DNA from: Basidiobolus meristosporus CBS 931.73
Lineage: Eukaryota; Fungi; Basidiobolomycota
Direction: 5' to 3'
DNA: 64,000 nt
NCBI GenBank assembly: GCA_002104905.1
Contig: MCFE01000038.1
Coordinates: forward strand, 1-64,000
A program made the translations under genes and the position numbers. The notes beneath the pieces are model-generated. The model saw nothing but the letters and a program-made list of their open reading frames with translations. It did no database searches and was not told the origin of the DNA. This document shows positions 26,866 through 37,390 of the stretch, piece after piece (position 1 is the stretch's first letter; each line of letters begins with the position of its first letter).

Positions 26866-28720
26866 CCCTATGAAAAATAATCTGGTCCCACAGGTAGATC
26901 CAGTCTGGATCAGCTATCAAGATCCCACAATGAGGCTGCCATAATGCTGGCAGCTTGAAATTACTGACCCTCTTTACAATCATATCATGGGATTGCAATG
27001 GTATTTTGCTGATTTTACTGCTAAATAGGTGAATAAGCTTGATGGTGTTTTGGTGGTACTTTGATGGGATTTAAATGGCATTCTGACAGTCATATTGTGG
27101 TCTACATTATGACTCAATTTGCACAAGATGACCAGTATGGCCAGGTGCTGTTGTAGTGAGGTTGTAGTGACACCCACTGACAGATGTGCTCATTCCCTTA
27201 TTTTCTACTACCTTTATTCTAGTTTTATTCCTATTGTCTTATTTGATCACTACTATCCTATAAGCTGGCTGATTATCACAAATGCTTATCTTATTACCAA
27301 GTTATTCCTCACTCCATGTAAGATTGCTGCATGTAAGTGCTTCTATGTCAGGCAGGTACCTGTACTAATACCTGTCATACATAACCAAGCTATGCCACTA
27401 TCCCTAGTATTTTCATCCCATACATGATATACCTATGTTGCATAGGTTTCAGAATACTGTCCACTGATTGGTTAGTTGTGCTGTGCCTCTTAGTACCTTC
27501 CAGCACCTACTTAGAGCAACCTTAGCTCATTCTGAGGTCATCAAGATTTCTATTAATATCTGGAAACTTCTAGACACCACAATTAGCTATCACCTAGCCA
27601 GTGAGAAAGGCATATAAGGACAACACTTCCTGAATAACAAATCATCATCCCCTTTATCAATATTCTGACTTGTTGATTACTGTGCTAATTGCTATATGCT
27701 GCTACCTGAACTTCCAATCCCAGACCACAGGACACTTCCAAGAAACCATCCCAACAGCCAACTGGCCTTAGTGGCACTACCTGTAAGGAATATGCAGAGT
27801 AAGTATCTTTTATTATATTTTATTCTTTGCCAAATTTGTACTTGTAGAGGCAGAGCTACTTTTCTGTCTTTGTAAGTATTGACCACAGCTGCACTCTTAC
27901 CAAGTCCCTGCTGGTGGGGTTTACAGTTGTTTTGACTTTGGAAGCTTTAATATGTTGTCATCTCAAAGGATGCTGAACCCAGCACATATATTTGTTAAGG
28001 CACCAACTAAGCTGGGCACTGTAGATCAATAGTTACTCCTTGACAGGCTTGTGACTTTGTTTCCCTTCACATTAGAGTAGAGACAAAGCTGAAGTATTCC
28101 TAGCAAGCATTTGCTATAATTTTAGCACCCAGTGAACACTCCACATACAAAATACCTGAGGAGTGTTGGATGTATCTCTCCCTTGGACTTATACACCACC
28201 ACACTGTTACAGAAGTATCAGGTGGCTGGCAAGGTATTGTTGATACAGCAGTGACTGATGACTGCTCAAATATAACTTGTGTGGTAAAACACTAGCCATG
28301 TTCTTTGTGATACATGCTCTGCCATCTGCATGAGTGTGTAGCAGATGCAATACCTTCAGTTGAAGACCAGCAAGTAGCCATCATAACATAACCACCACCC
28401 ATATTATCAAATATTCTGTCATCTCATACCAAAGCATTATTGAAGCAATTAGGTGCAGTGGCTGATAGGGTAGATACAAAGGCCCAGTGAAATCAAGAAA
28501 TAATTGAGTAACAGGATGTGCAGATAATACATGCAGAGCAATCAATATCCCTGGTAGAGAACTCAGTTTCTTTGCTGCAAAGAAGGAGCTCAAGTAGCTC
28601 CATGCCACAGCCAAGAATTGTGCCATTTCCCAGAATAGTAGCATATTCAGCTGACATGAATATGTAATCTAGACAAAAGTTCTTTACTATAATGATACAC
28701 ATAACAAAAAACTGCAATGA
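26866..28720 (-). mobile_element. Inverted, internally deleted copy of the CACTA/CMC-like element (transposase-side end plus accessory-gene fragment)
   Basis: Starts CCCTATGAAAAATAATCTGG and is the reverse-complement homologue of 35700-35940. Positions 28340-28650 (+) match the accessory ORF found on the minus strand at 31579-31930 and 56500-56870. Confidence 0.75.
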
Positions 28721-28729
28721 ATTACCCTG

Positions 28730-31575
28730 TTAGTTGATGCAAGCAACTATGTGGGCATACAAGCTAATGATGAAGATATGATGGTTATCCTAATGAATGG
28801 ACTGACAGATAGGTCTCAGGGCCTTGTATCAGTATGAGAATGCAGAGCTGAAGCTCTGACCTTATAATACATGTAAAATAAGATGCAAGAAGAAATGCTC
28901 TTATAAGCAGTGGTAAGCACCAAAGGAGGAACTCAAGACCTTTTGAAGATAGCAGCAATGTTTCTTACAGCTGCAGCAAAAGGAAAAGACACACTTCAGG
29001 CCAGTGCTTCACAAAGAGAGTTATTTGGCAGAAAATGCTGAATATGAAAATGCTGCAACAATTGATGATAACCTATTCTTATCTGCACTAAGTATGACCA
29101 CAAACAAGGCCTCTCAATTGTGGTGTACTGACACCAGAGCATCTCTACACTTCACATACCAAAATGAAATATTTACCCATTATCAAGTGTTGTGAATCAA
29201 CATTTAAAACTTGGCCAACTTTACTCCTTTAGAAAATCTAGTACCCTAACTGATTTCCCACAATCCAAACATAATAAATCCTGTTATGGTTTATTTTATC
29301 TCATCTCAGAATCTATCTTTAGCTGTTGCACCTGATCAATTCTCATGTGGCCATTGCATTATCAACTTATTTGCCAAGCCTTCTCAGGTGATTAGTCATC
29401 TGAGATCTATCCAACAACTTAGCAGTTGCCAGGACATTAGCTGATTAATGATGCAACTTTCATTTAACTTGTGTATCTATCAACACCCTAATAGATCTCA
29501 ATTAGTCCAATTTCTTGGCACTTACTAGACTTGTTCCATCATTCCAGCTGATCATAGTGCCCAATAGTGCCATAGCATGCCAGATGGTGCCATACAGTGC
29601 CAATTTGGGATCAAAATTGACATGCATATGACCCTAGAATATCAAATTAATAACCAAATATACAGCACATTCTGGCACTGTGATCAATAGCCCAATGGAA
29701 CAAGTCTACTAATTCAACTTAATGAAAAAAGTATAAATAAAGCTTACTGATTCTTTTGGTTTAATGTATGTTTCAACAAAATTAAGATGGTTTCACAGCA
29801 AAATTAAGAACTCTACAATTATGTCCTTGTTTGTACCCAAGCCTAGCATATCTAGCACTCCCAAGAATGCCAAGCCTAGCCTGTATAGCAAACCAATTAT
29901 GTTGTCTCTATAGCCAAACCCAGTTATATACAATCCCAGTATTAGACCAAACCTCTCTGCTAATATTTCCACCACTCTCTGACAATTCTATGACTCTGCA
30001 CTTAATTTTCTCTTTGGTTCAGTCTAGCCATTCAAGAGTGTTATTTCACTTTTCTTTTAAATACAAGATCAAGGAATTCCAATTAAGATGGTTTTGAAGG
30101 GTGACTATAATATTCTTGATGCAGCTGGACAGGGAACTTTCTAAGTAAGCCTCAGAAGCAATGAAGTAAACCATACACTTGCCTTCAATGAAGTACTCTA
30201 CATACCAGAAATAGTGAAGATCATAATATATCTAAGCAAGGCCATATCAGAAGATCTCAGTTTCAATTATCACAAATCTGGAGGCAGGATCACTAATCAA
30301 AATAGTCCACATGTTGCTTTGGGCACTAAAAGTCAGAACTTATTCAAGCTGACATATTATCCATCATATCTAGATGTCACTATAGGTAACTTAAATGAAG
30401 ATATTCCAATATAGGAGATTTGGGCACATTGTGTCATGATCACATGACAACCATGAACACCCATGACAAGTTTCAGCTTCCTAGCTCAATTTCTAAGAGA
30501 TTCCTTCTGGAACCTTCTACCACCTTCCAGAAAGTTCCTGACCTTTCGAAGCCCTTGTTACACAATGGAACATTCCATGGAAGCTTCCCATCTTATTTTT
30601 CATAGTCCAGTACCATATATGAAAATACCAGGTCACATGATCAGGTGACCCCAATCCATTTCCCCATCCTGTCTCAGTGCCTTGCCTTCTATATTATTAT
30701 CCCCAGCACATTGCTGTGCCTCACCCCACAACCCCATTAGTATTAGCCAATATCTCTTGGAATCAGTATAACCAAAAAGTATATATAGTCCTATTCCCCC
30801 TTAAGTATTCCTCAGTCTGATAAACACAGGTCTTGAATAAACAGCCTTGCCTTGAATCCTGCCTTGCCTTGATGGTCCACACCTAAGTCCTTTCCTGCCA
30901 TGCCTAGCTTTTCCTCCTGCCTTGTGTCTATTCATAACACATTGATCTTGATTATTTGCTCAAGATAATCAAAGATCAGCTAATTTGCAGAGTAAAAGTT
31001 AGTCCCTCAGCTAATATGAAGTACTGAGCAGCCTATATATATGGGATACAACAATTATATCTAACTTACTTAGTTCTGTGTGAACCTATGCCAAGTTTAT
31101 TCTTGGTCAGAATGAGGTATTTGATCACATTTATTGATGATTATACAAAATACATGTGGGTCTATTGCATGGAAAGAAAGGAAGAAGCTCTGTTATTGTC
31201 TAGGGAGTTTCAGGCTATGGCTTAGAGTGAAACTGACAAAAATTTAGCAAGTTCAATATGACAATGGTGGAATATATATCTCAAACACTTCATACAATTC
31301 TGCAGAGCTCATGGGAGAGAGCAAGGGATCACAGCACCATATACCTCACAATAAAATGGAGTGTCAGAATGTGCAAACAAGCCACTGTTTAATATGAAAA
31401 GATCTATGATTCATGGTAAAAATTAATGTATGATTATTGACTAGAATCAGTTGCTATAGCTGTGTATCTTGAAAATAGGTATTATAGCAGTATACTGTGC
31501 AAATCTTCTCCATTTGAGTCATGGTATGCATATAGACCAGGTGTAGAGCACCTTGGAGTACTTAGTTGCACAACA
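28730..31575 (+). mobile_element. Degenerate Ty1/copia element (gag-PR-preIN-IN), interrupted by two insertions
   Basis: Gag-like NDEDMMVILMNGL, protease-like WCTDTRASLHFT, EVLYIPEIV and KSQNLFKL. The pre-integrase RRFGH|IDLDYLLK is split by a solo LTR. Integrase core FIDDYTKYMWVY...TAPYTSQ*NGVSECANK. Confidence 0.85.
30432..30939 (+). mobile_element. Solo LTR, family A (508 bp), TSD CATTG
   Basis: TGTCATGA...TCATAACA termini, perfect 5-bp TSD CATTG (30427-31 and 30940-44), internal TATA-like and AATAAA motifs. A homologue lies at 36551-37390. Confidence 0.92.
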
Positions 31576-32689
31576 CAGTCAAGAAACTGTGGGCTTTATC
31601 TTTGGGCACTGTTGTTGTGCTTTAAAGACTGTATGATGTTCCTCTACTGTTACATTGGGAAATGGCTCAATTCTTGGCTGTGACATTGAGCTACTTAAGT
31701 TCCTTCTTTGCAGCAAAGATAATGCTTTCTCTACCTGAGATATTGATTGCTCTACATATATTATCTGCTCATCCTGTTCAAGACTATTTCCTGATTTCAC
31801 TGGGCCATTGCATCTACCCTATGAGCCACTGCACCTAATTGCTTCAATAATGCTTTGGTATGAGATGACAGCATATTTGATAATATGGGTGGTGGCTATG
31901 TTATGATGGCAACTTGCTGGTCTTCAACTGAAGGTACTGCATTTGCTACACACTCATCTGCCTGAGCATCACAGTCAGCTTGTGGCTCTGCAGAGGTTCT
32001 TAATTGCATACTTGACTGAGAGCCTGAGGAGTCTGCATTATCACCTTCAATGGGCACATTGTCAGCATGGCCTTTTTTGCATGTAGCCCCACTTGTTGCA
32101 CTGAATGTCAAAGCAGGCTGTTATCCAACCATTCTTCTGCTGCTGTCAGTGGTGGGGCTTGGTTGAGAACCAGGCAACTTTGCATTATCTTTTGGCGGCA
32201 TAGATATGGAAGTGAGTCAAACCAAAGGGGAAATAGTGATACATATATGTGGGTATGTGGTGCCACAACTTTATTTATAATGCTTACTATGGCAGGTCAT
32301 CATTGAATATTACATTTATGTAGGTGCAATGTCTTAAATACAAGACTGTCCTATATTCACATGAGTATTAACCAAAAAGTGATATAATAGCATTACATTG
32401 TTGAAGGTCAAATTGTTAGCCCCATGAACAAGACTACTTTGATTCAGTGCTGTAAGTGAAGATAAAAAAGACCATGTGGCTACTGTAGCAAGCCTCTCAG
32501 CTATGAAGCATGCAGACAGCATAGGAAGTATTACAAGGATCACTGCTGGTGTTTTACCACAGAAGTCATATTTGACCATTCATCAGTCACTACTGTACCA
32601 ACATTATCTTGCTGGCCAGTTGATACTTCTATATTGGCACCAGGCCATCTTTGTCACCTTGTGCCAACTGAGTTGGATGAGCTTGTGAT

Positions 32690-35400
32690 GCCTTTAGGCT
32701 CACCTCAGCCTTCTCAATATGGCATGCAGAGTGATAGCTCTGACAAAGAAGGCTCACTGATGGATTGTGAACTTATCTCCCCTGACAACAGTACCATGCA
32801 TGAGCCTGGTCAAATCCCAATATGCAATGAGATAGTACCTGTTGAAGCAAATGCCAAGGATACTTTATGGAGCCAAGTGAGCCCAGTAATCCATCTACTG
32901 GTGAATAATGTAATGTTGTGGCTAGAGAAGTGGCATGTCTCTACTAAGATCAGTAATGGGGGCTTTGAGGATTTACTACCACTTCTTGCCAAAATCATTC
33001 TGGGATGCAACTTACCATGTACACAATACAAGTGGACAACCATCATGCAGCTGACAATATATGACCCAGAGACTGTTCTGATTCCAGCATGTGTTAACAG
33101 TTGCATGGCATTCAGATCCAAAAATGCCACCATTGCAACATATCCAAATTGTCAGGAATCCACCACCATTGAGGGAAAGCACCTTTTACACTCTGGATAA
33201 ATTCTGGCAACACCCTGTCTAAAGAAGCTCATGCAGTCCAACAAATTTTGCAAATATATAAAGTACCACACTCAGTGTCAATCAAGAACAAACATATCCA
33301 ATATATTTGATGGCAAACATTACAAACAGCTAAGAAGCAAGGGCTACTTTGACGGTATGTATTGTTGTAATTATTAAGTTGTCACCAAAATATTCATGCC
33401 AACTTAGTCACATAGATCTTATTCTTTGATTAGCATTCTGTCCTGACCAAATTTCTTGTTGGGATTTACTTAGAATATTTTCACCATATTTTCATGTATC
33501 CAGATTATGACCTTTCTCAAAGTTGTCCAAAAGCCCCCAAACTTTGCACACATACTCTTGGGACCTTCTTTAATAAACTCTACATGTTTTTTTGCTCTAC
33601 TTTATCAAAAGTATAAATACCATACTTTGAACAATAAATCTACAAGTGAATAACATGTAAACCCTCCAGTTCTCCACATCACTTCCAATACTCCTTGGAA
33701 TATTGCAACATGTATGACCATGCCTTTGCTTTAACACTTGCTGGATTCTCATTAAACCAGTACTCCATCAGCAAATCCTGCTGGCCACTGATTCCCATCA
33801 ACCTGAATCTACCACCTATCTTATGGTTTAAGAGCAAAAATCTGATGGTAGTCTCACTGGTATTTGGGCCTCAATCACTATCCAACCTGGATAGCTTCCT
33901 GGATCCATTGCTGAATGAATTTTGTATGCTTTCAGCTGGATGATAGTAAATGGCCCTAATGTCAAAGCACATATTATTATCTGCATTGGAGATATCTCAG
34001 CCATCAGCAAGATTTCCTGCTTTTCTGGGCACAGTAGATGGTATTGCTGTCAAATGTGTGAGATCCAGAGGATTTACTCCATAACTCACACACATTATTA
34101 TTACCCAAACACCAACACTAAGAACAGCTTCTTCCCACAGAGAGAATGTACTGAAGTCAGCATGAAATTACAGTAAAGTTGGCAAGCTATAAATCATTAG
34201 CCAGAATATGGAATCAATTGGAGATTGATGATACTTAAGATAGAGGGTATCTGTTGGAGCAAAAGCTATCCACTGGGAGCAATGCATTTGCTTTTCAACA
34301 ATATCCCTATACTGATGACTAAGTTTTACATGGGGCATTTCAAGCTAAGTGAGCCCTTTGAGAAACCAGAGAAATTTGAAAGAATTGGCAAGATATTACA
34401 GAGTATCTGCTACCCTAAGTACTTCTCACAGGCTCAATCAATATTCAAACACATATGCAACAATACAAATGCAAAGACTGGATGAACTAGATATGTACTT
34501 ATTCAAGTGGTATTCTGGAGCCATTCCTATCATGAGTACATTGGAAGCATTGGAAGTTGTATGTGGACATTGTAGGAATATTTATCTAGAGGCAGATCAC
34601 CAATGCTAGCCTGACACATCTACAGCTGTGGTGCAAGGAGTTTGTAACAGGATTGGAGCAGCTATACCACAAACATAAAGCTGAATGTGTAGATCTCTGC
34701 TGCTACTGTATCCATTCCCTACTCCATCTTGCTTGGTGTGTGGAGAATATTGGGCCTTGCTTCACCTTTTGGGAGTTTCCTATGGAGCCAATGTGTGGGG
34801 AGATAGGAAAACAAGCCAAGTTGCAGCTACTACCATATACCAATCTCATCAAGAGTATTACATTCAAGTCTGTGATGGATGTGATGAGCTGGTACATAGA
34901 GGATAGCCAGGAAGAGTTGGAAAATACTGAGGACAGATGTGCACATGGAGACACCTATGCCTATGGAATTAGAAAGCTAAGCAGCCCCAATGCATGGGTA
35001 ATTAGTTAAGTAATGCAAAGTTGGGTTGGGTGCAACAAGCAACTAATGCTTATTAGGAATGCTCTACTAAAGTATGCTGGGATTCTCTTGGTCACCAGCC
35101 AGCTTCTATACCATTCAGTATTGAATTCACACAATCTGGAGCCAGAGCACACCTATAAGGGGGACTAGAATCCAGCAGGCAGAACGAATATATTGGCTAA
35201 ATACCAAAAAGCTTTCTGTGGATATTGAGGAGGTACTCATGGCAGAAGTGGTAGCAACCAAGCATATGATTGCAAGATGTATATGCTACCAGCATTACAA
35301 GATATATGGCAACTTTGCAGGTTTCATACTAAAAAGCTGTAAAGTTGAGGTGATAGAAGTATGTCAATTGCGGCAGGTGTGCATGTTTGTAGAGGTTAGT
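32690..35400 (+). pseudogene. CACTA (Transposase_21/TnpD-like) transposase pseudogene
   Basis: ISNGGFEDLL..LGCNLP, IPACVNSCMAF, IFDGKHYKQL, CWPLIPINLNLPP, FGPQSLSNLDSFLDPLLNEF, CIGDISAISK..GHSRWYCCQMC, LGAMHLLFNNI, IHSLLHL...IGPCFTFWEFPMEPMCG. Multiple stops and frameshifts plus a solo-LTR insertion. Confidence 0.88.
33363..33710 (+). mobile_element. Solo LTR, family B (copia LTR, 348 bp), TSD TGTAT
   Basis: TGTTGTAA...TTGCAACA termini and a perfect TSD TGTAT (33358-62 and 33711-15). Reverse-complement homologue of 57961-58305 and 53050-53363. Removing it restores the transposase frame FDGMYDHAFALTLAGFS. Confidence 0.92.
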
Positions 35401-36550
35401 AAGAGGAGGCCATAGCATTTTTTGATATAAACTATAGATGGAATACACAAGGTAGTAGTGGGTAAGCAAATAAAGAGGGGTGATTCTACAGTGGAATATA
35501 TGAATTGCACAAGGGGAGGTAGAAAAAGGAAATACCATTTGGTAAATTGGTATAGTAGCATTGTACAGAACTAGCTGTAGGCCGCAATACTGCCATGAAA
35601 ATGCCATTGGAAACTTGCATTGAGGCCATCAAAACATCATCAGGTTTTCTGCCATATAAGGCAATTGGATGTACTGGCCAGCTGGATCCATTCAAAGTAG
35701 TTGTAGAGTGCATTAAGACCACAACAATGCCATGCAATTTTGCTACAGCATCAATCAAACCCTGTCAAGTTTTTAACTTTATTTGGCGTAAAGTTAGCTG
35801 AATGCCATTGTGATCCCATCATATGATTGTTAAGAGGGTCATTAATTCCCAGCTTCTAGTATTATGACAGTCTCCAAATGGGAATTTAATGGCTGATCTG
35901 GATTGGATCCACCTGCAGGACCAAATTATTTTTCATAGGGAATGCTGGAAGAAAATATGATTACTTGTTTGAATACTGGATAGCAGCAGCCATATTATGC
36001 TCTGCATAATGCTATAGAGCAACCTTGATGGCTTGCAGAGCACTTTATATTATATTCATTAATTCCAAGAGATTGTTGCTTGGAGTAGTGATATTTTACA
36101 ATATCCTGTGTGCTTTGTTCTGCAGTTTTCTCCTTAATATAGATTGCAGTGAGAAGTGAATTCATATTTTAAATTTGAATGTTAGGTGAATATTTAGGTG
36201 AAATTGTGGGTTTTTACAACTGAGATTAGTGTCCTGTGTTGGTCAGTGCAGTCTACAATTGATTTAAAAGTGACAATTCTATGATCATACACCAGTTTCT
36301 ATGCATGAAATATAGGAGCATACACATAGCCCATGAGTAAGGAGGGTGAAAAAGAGGCAATAGCTAATCAATGTACACAAACCTATGAGTTGATTGAGTT
36401 TCTAGAAGCTCAAAGCTAGTGAAATGGGAGTGAATCAATCAAAAGTACCTTAGGTATTATCAGGCTTCAATCTTAACCAATTTTTTGGAAATCTGAGGTA
36501 CTATTTTTCCAATAATTTTGCACAGTGTCCTGATGGCATCAATAGCTTGG

Positions 36551-37390
36551 TATCATGATCAGATGACATCCCTGCTCTCCAATGTTCAGGCTAAATCAAG
36601 TAGGTGAAGAAATCCTGGTTCCTTCTAGAAAGTTCTACTACATTCTAGCAACTTCTGGAAAGCTCCAAGTTAATGTTTCACAATGGAACATTCTACACAA
36701 GCTCCCCTTTGGAATTTAGGTAGCTCAGTATCATACATGATAATTTCATATCACATGACCTAGTCACATGATCAGCTGACCCTTGATATATCCCCATGTG
36801 ATATTCTAGTCTGTTCTTTAGTGTATTTCTATTTTGGCACACTTACTGTGCCTCACCCCAGAACCCCATCAGTATTAGCCAATATCTCCTGGCATCCATA
36901 ATGCCAAAAATTATATATTGTCCCATCCCCCCCTATGTATTCCTCTGTCTGATACACATCCCTATGAAAAATCTCAAACTTGGAATTCATCTGATTTTCT
37001 GCTGGTATTCTAATGGTATTTTGCAGGTATTCAGCTGGTGTTTTTGATTCAAAATTTCATATGCAATTTGTGATGGGAGTAATGGGCAGCTAATTACCAA
37101 ATTTGGCATGGATGCTAGATGGCTTAGTTCCTTCTGGAGAATTTGTTTGCTTGCCTGCTCATAAGCTAACAAGAGATATATTGAGAGTTGTCAATTTTGA
37201 GAAACTTGGAATTCAGCTGATACTATGATGGTATTTTGCTGGCCTTTTCTTAATTTTTTTTCTTAGGGCACAGGTTTTGAATAAACAGGCTTGCCTTAGA
37301 AATCCACCTGCCTGGTTGATCCACACCTAAGTGCTTTCCTGGTCCTGCCTTGCCTAGCTCCATTCTTGTGCATTGTGTCTATTCATAACA
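36551..37390 (+). mobile_element. Second family-A LTR carrying a MITE insertion
   Basis: TATCATGATCAGATGAC...TTCATAACA is collinear with 30432-30939 except for a 309-bp insert. The TSD is not clean (CTTGG vs CTATG). Confidence 0.85.
36960..37268. mobile_element. Non-autonomous CMC-type MITE (309 bp)
   Basis: TIRs CCCTATGAAAAA and TTTTTCTTAGGG, 3-bp TSD CAT/CAC. The empty site GATAAACACAGG is present in the other LTR copy. An internal repeat AAACTTGGAATTCA(T/G)CTGAT occurs twice. Confidence 0.85.

Larger units (their letters stand above)
31576..35940 (+). mobile_element. CACTA/EnSpm (CMC)-type DNA transposon, left end missing; accessory ORF on - strand, transposase on + strand
   Basis: Right terminus TTATTTTTCATAGGG at 35940. 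Transposase motifs are listed in the pseudogene entry. The accessory ORF remnant is at 31579-32111 (-). Confidence 0.88.

Noticed and set aside
26866-35940. A single intact 9-kb TIR element
   Set aside because: Both ends are homologous over more than 130 bp as the same (transposase-side) end, the flanks do not form a TSD, and the accessory ORFs inside are in opposite orientations.
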